A stretch of 64,000 nucleotides of DNA. It comes from Eledone cirrhosa. Taxonomy: Eukaryota. Of this stretch, positions 39,106 through 54,300 are shown piece by piece (within the stretch, counting starts at the first letter, position 1; the number at the start of each line of letters is the position of its first letter). The DNA lies in assembly GCA_964016885.1 (NCBI GenBank), contig OZ024742.1, forward strand, positions 378,200,001 to 378,264,000. The letters are read 5' to 3'. Below the pieces are notes generated by a model that saw only the letters and a list, made by a program, of their open reading frames with translations, searched no databases and was not told the DNA's origin. The translations under genes and the position numbers were made by a program.

Positions 39106-39131
39106 TTGGAGGAGGGGGGTGGAAGGGGAGT

Positions 39132-39344
39132 TTCTGATTTAGGCAAAAGGCCAACAATTCTATGGGAGGGGAAGGTCAATTAAATCGACACAGTACATTA
39201 CGGGTAGTTTATTTTATCGACCCTATAAGGATGAAAGGCAAAGTTAAACTCGGCGGGATTTGAACTCAGAATAGCAAGGGCCGTAACTCCATGCATGAAA
39301 GCATGGTGTCCTAACCTCTACCAATACTGCCAATCCACCACCCT
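39132..39344 (-). mobile_element. SINE whose 5' head is the first unit of the 45-bp satellite
   Basis: Minus strand reads ...GGACACCATGCT|TTCATGCATGGAGTTACGGCCC..CTGAGTTCAAATCCCGCCGAGTTTAACTTTGCCTTTCATCC..., collinear with the SINE at 31317. Confidence 0.9.
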
Positions 39345-42300
39345 AGCATGGTGTCCTACCCTATACCAATACTGCCAATCCACCACCCTAGCATTGTGTC
39401 CTACCCTCTACCAATTCTACCAATCCACCACCCTAACATGGTGTCCGACCCTCTACCGACACTGCCAATCCACCACCCTAGCATGGTGTCCTACTCTCTA
39501 CCAATACTGCCAATCCACTAATTTAACATGGTGTCATACATTCTAACAATACTACCAATCCACCACATTAGCATGGTGTCCAACCCTCTACCGACACTGC
39601 CAATCCACCACCCTAGCATGGTGTCCGACATTCTACCAATACTGCCAATCCACCACCCTAGCATGGTGCCCTACCCTATACCAATACTGCCAATCCACCA
39701 CCCTAGCATGGTGTCCTACCCTCTACCGACACTGCCAATCCACCACCCTAGCATGGTGTCCGACCCTCTACCGACACTGCCAATCCACCACCCTAGCATG
39801 GTGTCCTACTCTCTACCAATACTGCCAATCCACTAATTTAACATGGTGTCATACATTCTAACAATACTACCAATCCACCACATTAGCATGGTGTCCAACC
39901 CTCTACCGACACTGCCAATCCACCACCCTAGCATGGTGTCCGACATTCTACCAATACTGCCAATCCACCACTCTAGCATGGTCTCCTACCCTCTACCAAT
40001 ACTGCCAATCCACCACCCTAACATGGTGTCAAACCCTCTACCAATACTGCCAATCCACCGCCCTAGCATGGTGTCCAACCCTCTACCAATACTGCCAATC
40101 CACGACCCTAACATGGTGTCCGACCCTCTAACAATACTGCCAGTCCACCGCCCTAGCATAGTGTCCGACCCTCTACCAATACTGCCAATCCACCGCCCTA
40201 ACATGGTGTCCTACCCTCTACGAATACTGCCAATCCACCACCCTAACATGGTGTCCGACCCTCTACCGAGACTGCCAGTCCACCACCCTAGCATGGTGTC
40301 CAACCCTCTACCAATACTGCAAATCCATCACCCTAACATGGTCTCCGACCCTCTACCAATACTGCCCATCCACCGCCCTAGCATGGTGTCCAACCCTCTA
40401 CCAATACTGCCAATCCACCACCCTAACATGGTGTCCGATAATCTACTGACACTGGCAGTCCACCACCCTAGCATAGTGTCCGACCCTCTACCGATACTGC
40501 CAATCCACCACCCTAGCATGGTGTCAAACCCTCTACCAATACTGCCAATCCACCACGCTAGCAGGGTGTCCTACTCTCTACCAATACTGCCAATCCACCG
40601 CCCTAGCATGGTGTCCAACCCTCCACCAATACTGCCAGTCCACCACCCTAGATGGTGTCCTAACCTCTACCAATACTGCCAATCCACCACCCTAACATGG
40701 TGTCAGACCCTCTACCAATACTGACAATCCACCGCCTTAACATGGTGTCCAACCCTCTACCGATACTGCCAATACACCACCCTACCATGGTGTCCGACAC
40801 TCTACCAATACTGCCAATCCACCACCCTAGCATGGTGTCCTACCCTCTACCAATACTGCCAATCCACCACCCTAGCATGGTGTCCAACCCTCTATCAATA
40901 CTGCCAATCCACCACCCGAACATGGTGTCCTACGCTCTACTAATACTACCAATCCACCACCCTAGCATGGTGTCCTATTCTCTACCAATACTGCCAATCG
41001 ACAACCCTAGCATGGTGTCCAACCCTCTACCAATACTGCCAATCCACCACCCTAACATGGTGTCCAACCCTATACCAATACTGCAAATTCACCACCCTAG
41101 CATCGTGTCCAACCCTCTTCCAATACTGCAATCCACCACCCTAGCATCGTGTCCAACCCTCTACCAATACTACCAATCCACCGCCCTAACATGATGTGCA
41201 ACCCTCTACCAATACTGCCAATCCACCACCCTAGCATGGTGTCAGACCCTCTACCAATACTGCCAATCCACCACCCTAGCATGGTGTCCAACCCTCTGCC
41301 AATACTAGCAATCCAGCGCCCTAACATGATTTCCAACCCTCTAGCAATACTAGCAATCCACCACTCTAGCATGGTGTCTGACCCTCTACCGACACTGCCA
41401 AACCACCGCCCTAAAATGGTGTCCAACCCTCTACTAATACTGCCAATCCACCACCCTAACATGGTGTCAAACCCTCTACCAATACTGCCAATCCACCACC
41501 CTAGCATGGTGTCCAACCCTCTACCAATACTGCCAATCCACCACCCTAACATGGTGTCCTACCCTCTACCAATACTGCCAATCCACCACCCTAGCATGGT
41601 GTCCAACCCTCTTCCAATACTGCCAATCCACCACCCTAATATGGTGTCCAACCCTCTACCAATACTGCCAATCCACTAACCTAGCATGGTGTCAGACCCT
41701 CTACCGATACTACAATCCACCATCCTAACATGGTGTCAGACCCTCTACCAATACTTCCAATCCACCACCCTAGCATGATGTCCTACCCTCTACCAATACT
41801 GCCAATCCACCACCCTAGCATGGTGTCCAACCCTCTATCAATACTGCCAATCCACCACCCTAACATGGTGTCCTACTCTCTACTAATACTGCCAATCCAA
41901 CACCCTAGCATGGTGTCCTATTCTCTAGCAATACTGCCAATCGACAACCCTAGCATTGTGTCCAACCCTCTACCAATACTGCCAATCCACCACCCTAACA
42001 TGGTGTCCTACCATCCACCAATACTCCCAATCCACCAACCTAGCATGGTGTCAAACCCTCTACCGATACTACAATCCACCATCCTAACATGGTGTCAGAC
42101 CCTCTACCAATACTTCCAATCCACCACCTTAGCATGGTGTCCGACCCTCTACCGACACTGCCAATCCACCGCCCTAGCATGGTGTCCTACTCTCTACCAA
42201 TACTGCCAATCCACCACCCTAACATGGTGTCCTACTCTCTACCAATACTACAAATCCAACACCCTAGCATGGTGTCCTATTCTCTACCAATGCTGCCAAT

Positions 42301-45300
42301 CCACCACCCTAGCATGGTGTCCCACCCTCTACCAATACTGCCAATCCACCACCCTAGCATGGTGTCCAACAATCTACCAATACTGCCCATCCACTAACCT
42401 AGCATGGTGTACTACCCTCTTCCAATACTACCAATCCTCCACCCTAGCATGGTGTCCAACCCTCTGCCAATACAGCCAATCCACCACCCTAGCATCGTGA
42501 CCAACACTCTACCAATACTAGCAATCCACCGCCATAACATGGTGTCCAACCATCAACCAATACTGCCTATCCACCACCCTAGCATGGTGTCCGACCCTCT
42601 ACCGATACTGCCAATCCACCACCCTAGCAGGGTGTCCGACCCTCTACCAATACTGCCAATCCACCATCCTAGCATGGTGTCCTAGCCTCTACCAATACTG
42701 CCAATCCACCACCCTAGCATGGTGTCCTACCCTCTACCAATACTGCCAATCCACCGTCCTAGCATGGTGTCCAACGCTCTACCAATACTGCCAATCCACG
42801 ACCCTAACATAGTGTCCTACCCTCTACCGACACTGCCAATCCACCACCCTAGCATGGTGTCCGACCCTCTACCGACACTGCCAATCCACCACCCTAGCAT
42901 GGTGTCCTACTCTCTACCAATACTGCCAATCCACTAATTTAACATGGTGTCATACATTCTAACAATACTACCAATCCACCACATTAGCATGGTGTCCAAC
43001 CCTCTACCGACACTGCCAATCCACCACCCTAGCATGGTGTCCGACATTCTACCAATACTGCCAATCCACCACCCTAGCATGGTCTCCTACCCTCTACCAA
43101 TACTGCCAATCCACCACCCTAAAATGGTGTCAAACCCTCTACCAATACTGCCAATCCACCGCCCTAGCATGGTGTCCAACCCTCTACCAATACTGCCAAT
43201 CCACGACCCTAACATGGTGTCCGACCCTCTAACAATACTGCCAGTCCACCGCCCTAGCATAGTGTCCGACCCTCTACCAATACTGCCAATCCACCACCCT
43301 AACATGGTGTCCTACCCTCTACGAATACTGCCAATCCACCACCCTAACATGGTGTCCGACCCTCTACCGAGACTGCCAGTCCACCACCCTAGCATGGTGT
43401 CCAACCCTCTACCAATACTGCAAATCCATCACCCTAACATGGTGTCCGACCCTCTACCAATACTGCCCATCCACCGCCCTAGCATGGTGTCCAACCCTCT
43501 ACCAATACTGCCAATCCACCACCCTAACATGGTGTCCGATACTCTACTGACACTGCCAGTCCACCACACTAGCATAGTGTCCGACCCTCTACCGATACTG
43601 CCAATCCACCACCCTAGCATGGTGTCAAACCCTCTACCAATACTGCCAATCCACCACGCTAGCAGGGTGTCCTACTCTCTACCAATACTGCCAATCCACC
43701 GCCCTAGCATGTTGTCCAACCCTCTTCCAATACTGCCAATCCACCACCCTAATATGGTGTCCAACCCTCTACCAATACTGCCAATCCACTAACCTAGCAT
43801 GGTGTCAGACCCTCTACCGATACTACAATCCACCATCCTAACATGGTGTCGACCCTCTACCAATACTTCCAATCCACCACCCTAGCATGGTGTCCAACCC
43901 TCTATCAATACTGCCAATCCACCACCCGAACATGGTGTCCTACTCTCTACTAATACTACCAATCCACCACCCTAGCATGGTGTCCTATTCTCTACCAATT
44001 CTGCCAATCGACAATCCTAGCATGGTGTCCAACCCTCTACCAATACTGCCAATCCACCACCCTAACATGGTGTCCTACCATCCACCAATACTCCCAATCC
44101 ACCAACCTAGCATGGTGTCAAACCCTCTACCGATACTACAATCCACCATCCTAACATGGTGTCAGACCATCTACCAATACTTCCAATCCACCACCCTAGC
44201 ATGGTGTCCGACCCTCTACCGACACTGCCAATCCACCGCCCTAGCATGGTGTCCTACTCTCTACCAATACTGCCAATCCACCACCCTAACATGGTGTCCT
44301 ACTCTCTACCAATACTACAAATCCAACACCCTAGCATGGTGTCCAACCCTCTATCAATACTGCCAATCCACCACCCGAACATGGTGTCCTACTCTCTACT
44401 AATACTACCAATCCACCACCCTAGCATGGTGTCCTATTCTCTACCAATACTGCCAATCGACAACCCTAGCATGGTGTCCAACCCTCTACCAATACTGCCA
44501 ATCCACCACCCTAACATGGTGTCCTATTCTCTACCAATACTGCCAATCGACAACCCTAGCATGGTGTCCAACCCTCTACCAATACTGCCAATCCACCACC
44601 CTAGCATGGTGTCCTATTCTCTACCAATACTGCCAATCGACAACCCTAGCATGGTGTCCAACCCTCTACCAATACTGCCAATCCACCACCCTAGCATGGT
44701 GTCCTATTCTCTACCAATACTGCCAATCCACCACCCTAACATGGTGTCCTACCCTCTACCAATACTGCCAATCCACCACCCTAGCATGGTGTCCAACCCT
44801 CTTCCAATACTGCCAATCCACCACCCTAATATGGTGTCCAACCCTCTACCAATACTGCCAATCCACTAACCTAGCATGGTGTCAGACCCTCTACCGATAC
44901 TACAATCCACCATCCTAACATGGTGTCAGACCCTCTACCAATACTTCCAATCCACCACCCTAGCATGATGTCCTACCCTCTACCAATACTGCCAATCCAC
45001 CACCCTAGCATGGTGTCCAACCCTCTATCAATACTGCCAATCCACCACCCGAACATGGTGTCCTACTCTCTACTAATACTACCAATCCACCACCCTAGCA
45101 TGGTGTTCTATTCTCTACCAATACTGCCAATCGACAACCCTAGCATTGTGTCCAACCCTCTACCAATACTGCCAATCCACCACCCTAACATGGTGTCCTA
45201 CCATCCACCAATACTCCCAATCCACCAACCTAGCATGGTGTCAAACCCTCTACCGATACTACAATCCACCATCCTAACATGGTGTCAGACCCTCTACCAA

Positions 45301-48300
45301 TACTTCCAATCCACCACCTTAGCATGGTGTCCGACCCTCTACCGACACTGCCAATCCACCGCCCTAGCATGGTGTCCTACTCTCTACCAATACTGCCAAT
45401 CCACCACCCTAACATGGTGTCCTACTCTCTACCAATACTACAAATCCAACACCCTAGCATGGTGTCCTATTCTCTACCAATGCTGCCAATCCACCACCCT
45501 AGCATGGTGTCCCACCCTCTACCAATACTGCCAATCCACCACCCTAGCATGGTGTCCAACCCTCTACCAATACTGCCCATCCACTAACCTAGCATGGTGT
45601 CCTACCCTCTTCCAATACTACCAATCCTCCACCCTAGCATGGTGTCCAACCCTCTACCAATACTGCCAATCGACGACGCTAGCATGGTGTCCCACCCTCT
45701 ACCAATACTGCCAATCCACCACCCTAGCATGGTGTCCAACCCTCTACCAATACTGCCCATCCACTAACCTAGCATGGTGTCCTACCCTCTTCCAATACTA
45801 CCAATCCACCACTCTAGCATCGTGTCCAACCCTCTACCAATACTACCAATCCACCGCCATAACATGGTATCCAACCATCTAACAGTACAGCCAAACCACC
45901 ACCCTAGCATGGTGTCCGACCCTCTACCAATACTGCCAATCCACCACCCTAGCATCGTGACCAACACTCTACCAATACTAGCAATCCACCGCCATAACAT
46001 GGTGTCCAACCATCAACCAATACTGCCTATCCACCACCCTAGCATGGTGTCCGACCCTCTACCGATACTGCCAATCCACCACCCTAGCATGGTGTCCGAC
46101 CCTCTACCAATACTGCCAATCCACCATCCTAGCATGGTGTCCTAGCCTCTACCAATACTGCCAATCCACCACCCTAACATGGTGTCCAACCCTCTACCAA
46201 TACTGCCAATCCACCGTCCTAGCATGGTGTCCAACGCTCTACCAATACTGCCAATCCACGACCCTAACATGGTGTCCTACCCCCTACCGACACTGCCAAT
46301 CCACCACCCTAGCATGGTGTCCGACCCTCTACCGACACTGCCAATCCACCACCCTAGCATGGTGTCCTACTCTCTACCAATACTGCCAATCCACTAATTT
46401 AACATGGTGTCATACATTCTAACAATACTACCAATCCACCACATTAGCATGGTGTCCAACCCTCTACCGACATTGCCAATCCACCACCCTAGCATGGTGT
46501 CCGACATTCTACCAATACTGCCAATCCACCACTCTAGCATGGTCTCCTAACCTCTACCAATACTGCCAATCCACCACCCTAGCATGGTCTCCTACCCTCT
46601 ACCAATACTGCCAATCCACCACCCTAAAATGGTGTCAAACCCTCTACCAATACTGCCAATACACCGCCCTAGCATGGTGTCCAACCCTCTACCAATACTG
46701 CCAATCCACGACCCTAACATGGTGTCCAACCCTCTAACAATACTGCCAGTCCACCGCCCTAGCATAGTGTCCGACCCTCTACCAATACTGCCAATCCACC
46801 GCCCTAACATGGTGTCCTACCCTCTACCGAGACTGCCAGTCCACCACCCTAGCATGGTGTCCGACCCTCTACCGAGACTGCCAGTCCACCACCCTAGCAT
46901 GGTGTTCAACCCTCTACCAATACTGCAAATCAATCTCCCTAACATGGTGTCCGACCCTCTACCAATACTGCCAATCCACCGCCCTAGCATGGTGTCCAAC
47001 CCTCTACCAATACTGCCAATCCACCACCCTAACATGGTGTCCGATACTCTACTGACACTGCCAGTCCACCACACTAGCATAGTGTCCGACCCTCTACCGA
47101 TACTGCCAATCCACCACCCTAGCATGGTGTCAAACCTCTACCAATACTGCCAATCCACCACGCTAGCAGGGTGTCCTACTCTCTACCAATACTGCCAATC
47201 CACCGCCCTAGCATGGTGTCCAACCCTCTTCCAATACTGCTAATCCACTAAACTAGCATGGTGTCAGACCCTCTACCGATACTACAATCCACCATCCTAA
47301 CATGGTGTCGACCCTCTACCAATACTTCCAATCCACCACCCTAGCATGGTGTCCTACCCTCTACCAATACTGCCAATCGACAAACCTAGCATGGTGTCGC
47401 ACCCTCTACCAATACTGCCAATCCACCACCCTAACATGGTGTCCTACCATCCACCAATACTCCCAATCCACCACCCTAACATGGTGTCCTACTCTCTACC
47501 AATACTACAAATCCAACACCCTAGCATGGTGTCCTATTCTCTACCAATGCTGCCAATCCACCACCCTAGCATGGTGTCCCACCCTCTACCAATACTGCCA
47601 ATCCACCACCCTAGCATGGTGTCCAACCCTCTACCAATACTGCCCATCCACTAAACTAGCATGGTGTCATACCCTCTTCCAATACTACCAATCCTCCACC
47701 CTAGCATGGTGTCCAACCCTCTACCGACACTGCCAGTCCACCACCCTAGATGGTGTCCTAACCTCCCAATACTGCCAATTCACCACCCTAGCATGGGGTC
47801 CAACTTTCTACCAATACTGCCAATCCACCACCCTAACATGGTGTCCAACCCTCTACCAATAGAGCAAATCCACCACCCTAACATGGTGTCCAACCCTCTA
47901 CCAATACTACCAATCCACGGCCCTAACATGATGTCCAACCCTCTACCAATACTGCCAATCCACCACCCTAGCATGGTGTCCGACCCTCTACCAATACTGC
48001 CAATCCACCACCCTAGCATGGTGTCAGACCCTCTACCAATACTGCCAATCCACCACCCTAGCATGGTGTCCAACCCTCTGCCAATACTAGCAATCCAGCG
48101 CCCTAACATGATTTCCAACCCTCTAGCAATACTAGCAATCCACCACTCTAGCATGGTGTCTGACCATCTACCGACACTGCCAAACCACCGCCCTAAAATG
48201 GTGTCCAACCCTCTGCCAATAAAGCCAATCCACCACCCTAGCATCGTGTCCAACCCTCTACCATACTACCAATCCACTGCCATAACATGGTGTCCAACCA

Positions 48301-51300
48301 TCTACCAATACTGCCAATCCACCACACTAGCATGGTGTCCGACCCTCTACCGATACTGCCAATCGACCACCCTAGCATGGTGTCAAACCCTCTACCAATA
48401 CTGCCAATCCAACACGCTAGCATGGTGTCCTACCCTCTACCGATACTGCCAATCCACCACCCTAGCATGGTGTCCTACTCTCTACCAATACTGCCAATCC
48501 ACCACCCTAACATGGTATCCTACCCTCTACCAATACTGCCAATCCACCCCCCTAGCTTGGTGTCAGACCATCTACCGATACTAGCAATCCACCACCCTAG
48601 CATGGTGTCAGACCCTCTACCAATACTGCCAATCCACCAGCCTAGCATGGTGTCCGACCCTCTGCCTATACTGCCAATCCACCACCCTAGCATCGTGTCC
48701 AACCCTCTACCAATACTACTAATGCACCGCCATAACATGGTGTCCAACCATCTACCAATACTGCCAATCCACCACACTAACATGGTGTCCGACCCTCTAC
48801 CAATACTGCCAATCCACCACCCTAGCATGGTGTCCGACCCTCTACCAATACTGCCAATCCTCCACCCTAGCATGGTGTCAGACCCTCTACCAATACTGCC
48901 AATCCACCACCCTAGCATGGTGTCCAACCCTCTGCCAATACTAGCAATCCTGCCCCCTAACATGATTTCCAACCCTCTAGCAATACTAGCAATCCACCAC
49001 TCTAGCATGGAGTCTGACCCTCTACCGACACTGCCAAACCACCGCCCTAAAATGGTGTCCAACCCTCTACCAATACTGCCAATCCAGCACCCTAACATGG
49101 TGTCCTACTCTCTACCAATCCAATACTACCAATCCACCACCCTAGTATGGTATCCTATACTCTACCAATACTGCCAATCCACCACCCTAGCATGGTGTCC
49201 AACCCTCTCCCAATACAGCCAATCCACCACCCTAGCATCGTGTCCAACCCTCTACCAATACTACTAATGCACCGCCATAACATGGTGTACAACCATCTAC
49301 CAATACCGCCAATCCACCACCCTAACATGGTGTCCGACCCTCTACCGATACTTCCAATCCACCACCCTAGCATGGTGTCAAACCCTCTACCAATACTGCC
49401 AATCCACCACCCTGGCATGGTGTCCTAACCTCTACCAATACTGCCAATCCAACACCCTAGCATGGTGTCCTACTCTCTACCAATACTGCCAATCCACCAC
49501 CCTAGCTTGGTGTCAGACCCTCTACCGATACTAGCAATCCACCACCCTAACACGGTGTCAGACCCTCTACCAATACTGCCAATCCACCACCCTAGCATGT
49601 TGTCCGACCCTCTGCCAATACTGCCAATCCACCACCCTAGCATCCTGTCCAACCCTCTACCAATACTGCCAATCCACCACCCTAACATGGTGTCCAACCC
49701 TCTACCAATAGAGCAAATCCACCACCCTAACATGGTGCCAACCCTCTCCCAATACTGCCAATCCACCACCCTAGCATCGTGTCCAACCCTCTACCAATAC
49801 TACCAATCCACCGCCCTAACATGGTGTCCAACCATCTACCAATACTGCCAATCCACCACCCTAGCATGGTGTCCGACCCGCTACCAATACTGCCAATCCA
49901 CCAACCTAGCATGGTGTCAGACCTTCTACCAATACTGCCAATCCACCACCCTAGCATGGTGGCCAACCCTCTGCCAATACTAGCAATCCACGCCCAAACA
50001 TGATTTCCAACCCTCTAGCAATACTGGCAATCCACCACTCTAGCATGGTGTCCGACCCTCTACCGACACTGCCAAACCACCGCCCTAAAATGGTGTCCAA
50101 CCCTCTACCAATACTGCCAATCCACCACCCTAGCATGGTGTCCTACTCTCTACCAATCCAATACTACCAATACACCACCCTAGCATGGTGTCCTATTCTC
50201 TACCAATACTGCCAATCCACCACCCTAGCATGGTGTCCAACCCTCTACCAATACTGCCAATCCACCACCCTAGCATGGTGTCCAACCCTCTACCAATACT
50301 GCCAATCCACCACCCTAGAATGGTGTCCTACCCTCTACCAATACTGCCAATCCACCACGCTAGCATTGTGTCAGACGCTCTACCGATACTAGCAATCCCC
50401 CACACTGACATGGTGTCCTACCCTCTACCAATACTGCTAAGTCACCACCCTAGCATGGTGTCAAACCCTCTACCAATACATCCAATCCACCACGCTAGCA
50501 TGGTGTCCTACTCTCTACCAGTACTGCCAAGTCACCACCCTAACATGGTATCCTACCCTCTACCAATACTGCCTATCCACCACCCTAGCTTGGTGTCAGA
50601 CCCTCTACCGATACTAGCAATCCACCACCCTTACACGGTGTCAGACCCTCTACCAATACTGCCAATCCACCACCTTAGCATGATGTCCGACCCTCTACCA
50701 ATAATGCCAATCCACCACCCTAGCCTGGTGCCCAACCCTCTGCCAATACTCCCAATCCACCACCCTAGCATCGTGTCCAACCCTCTACCTATACTACCAA
50801 TCCACCGCCATAGAATGGTGTCCAACCATCTACCAATACTGCCAATCCACCAACCTAGCATGGTTTCCGACCCTCTACCAATACTGCTAATCCACCAATC
50901 TAGCATGGTGTCAAACCCTCTATGAATACTGCCAATCCCCCACCCTAGCATGGTGTCTAACCCTCTGCCAATACTAGCAATCCACCGCCCTAACATGGTG
51001 TCCAACCCTCTACCAATACTGCCAATCCATCACATTAGCATGGTGTCCAACCCTCTACCGACACTGCCAATCCACCACCCTAGCATGGTGTCCGACCCTC
51101 TACCAATACTGCCAATCCACCACACTAGCATGGTGTCCTACCCTCTACCATTACTGCCAATCCACCGCCCTAGCATGGTGTCCAACCCTCTACCAATACT
51201 GCACATCCACGACCCTAACATGGTGTCCGACCATCTAACAATTCTGCCAATCTACCGCCCTAGCATAGTGTCCAACCCTCTACCAATACTGCCAAACCAC

Positions 51301-54300
51301 CGCACTAACATAGTGTCCTACCCTCTACAAATACTGCCAAACCACATACTAACATGGTGTCCGACCCTCTACCGACACTGCCAGTTCACCACCCTAGATG
51401 GTGTCCTAACCTCCCAATACTGCCAATCCAGCACCCTAGCATGGGGTCCAACTTTCTACCAATACTGCCAATCCACCACCCTAACATGGTGTCCAACCCT
51501 CTACCAATACAGCAAATCCACCAACCTAACATGGTGTCCAACCCTCTACCAATACTGCAAATCCACCACCCTAGCATCGTGGCCAACCCTCTTCCAATAC
51601 TGCCAATCCACCAACCTAGCATCGTGTCCAACCCTCTACCAATACTACCAATCCACCACCCTAGCATGGTGTCAGACCCTCTACCAATACTGCCAATCCA
51701 CCACAATAGCATGGTGTCCAACCCTCTGCCAATACTAGCAATCCACCGCCCTAACATGATTTCCAACCCTCTAGCAATACTGGCAATCCACCACTCTAGC
51801 ATGGTGTCCGACCCTCTACCAATACTGCCAATCCACCACCCTAACATGGTGTCCTACTCTCTACCAATCCAATACTACCAATCAACCACCCTAGCATGGT
51901 GTCCTATTCTCTACCAATACTGCCAATCCACCACCCTAGCATGGTTTCCAACCCTCTACCAATACTGCCAATCCACCACACTAACATGGTCCAACCCTAT
52001 ACCAATACTGCCAATCCACCACCCTAGCATAGTGTCCAAACCTCTACCAATACTGCCAATCCACCACCCTAGCATAGTGTCAGACCCTCTACCAATACTG
52101 CCAATCCACCAACCTAGCATGGTGTCCGACCCTCTACCAATACTGCCAAGCCACCACCCTAGCATGGTGTCAACCCTCTACCAATGCTGCCAATCCACCA
52201 CCCTAGAACGGTGTCCTACCCTCTATCAATACTGCCAATCCAGCACCCTAGCATGGGGTCAAACTTTCTACCAATACTGCCAATCCACCACACTAACATG
52301 GTGTCCAACCCTCTACCAATACTGCAAATCCACCACCCGAGCATCGTGCCCAACCCTCTTCCAATACTGTCAATCCACCACCCTACCATGGTGTCCAACC
52401 CTCTACCAATACTGCCAATCCACAACCCTGGCATGGTGTCCTAACCTCTACCAATACTGCCAATCCAACACCCTAGCATGGTGTCCTACTCTCTACCAAT
52501 ACTGCCAATCCACCACCCTAGCTTGGTGTCAGACCCTCTACCGATACTAGCAATCCACCACCCTAACACGGTGTCAGACCCTCTACCAATACTGCCAATC
52601 CACCACCCTAGCATGTTGTCCGACCCTCTGCCAATACTGCCAATCCACCACCCTAGCATCCTGTCCAACCCTCTACCAATACTGCCAATCCACCACCCTA
52701 ACATGGTGTCCAACCCTCTACCAATAGAGCAAATCCACCACCCTAACATGGTGCCAACCCTCTCCCAATACTGCCAATCCACCACCCTAGCATCGTGTCC
52801 AACCCTCTACCAATACTACCAATCCACCGCCCTAACATGGTGTCCAACCATCTACCAATACTGCCAATCCACCACCCTAGCATGGTGTCCGACCCGCTAC
52901 CAATACTGCCAATCCACCAACCTAGCATGGTGTCAGACCTTCTACCAATACTGCCAATCCACCACCCTAGCATGGTGGCCAACCCTCTGCCAATACTAGC
53001 AATCCACGCCCAAACATGATTTCCAACCCTCTAGCAATACTGGCAATCCACCACTCTAGCATGGTGTCCGACCCTCTACCGACACTGCCAAACCACCGCC
53101 CTAAAATGGTGTCCAACCCTCTACCAATACTGCCAATCCACCACCCTAGCATGGTGTCCTTCTCTCTACCAATCCAATACTACCAATCCACCACCCTAGC
53201 ATGGTGTCCTATTCTCTACCAATACTGCCAATCCACCACCCTAGCATGGTGTCCAACCCTCTACCAATACTGCCAATCCACCACCCTAGCATGGTGTCCA
53301 ACCCTCTACCAATACTGCCAATCCACCACCCTAGAATGGTGTCCTACCCTCTACCAATACTGCCAATCCACCACGCTAGCATTGTGTCAGACGCTCTACC
53401 GATACTAGCAATCCCCCACACTGACATGGTGTCCTACCCTCTACCAATACTGCTAAGTCACCACCCTAGCATGGTGTCAAACCCTCTACCAATACATCCA
53501 ATCCACCACGCTAGCATGGTGTCCTACTCTCTACCAGTACTGCCAAGTCACCACCCTAACATGGTATCCTACCCTCTACCAATACTGCCTATCCACCACC
53601 CTAGCTTGGTGTCAGACCCTCTACCGATACTAGCAATCCACCACCCTTACACGGTGTCAGACCCTCTACCAATACTGCCAATCCACCACCTTAGCATGAT
53701 GTCCGACCCTCTACCAATAATGCCAATCCACCACCCTAGCCTGGTGCCCAACCCTCTGCCAATACTCCCAATCCACCACCCTAGCATCGTGTCCAACCCT
53801 CTACCTATACTACCAATCCACCGCCATAACATGGTGTCCAACCATCCAACCATCTACCAATACTGCCAATCCACCTACCTAGCATGGTTTCCGACCCTCT
53901 ACCAATACTGCTAATCCACCAATCTAGCATGGTGTCAAACCCTCTATGAATACTGCCAATCCCCCACCCTAGCATGGTGTCTAACCCTCTGCCAATACTA
54001 GCAATCCACCGCCCTAACATGGTGTCCAACCCTCTACCAATACTGCCAATCCATCACATTAGCATGGTGTCCAACCCTCTACCGACACTGCCAATCCACC
54101 ACCCTAGCATGGTGTCCGACCCTCTACCAATACTGCCAATCCACCACACTAGCATGGTGTCCTACCCTCTACCATTACTGCCAATCCACCGCCCTAGCAT
54201 GGTGTCCAACCCTCTACCAATACTGCCAATCCACGACCCTAACATGGTGTCCGACCATCTAACAATTCTGCCAATCCACCGCCCTAGCATAGTGTCCAAC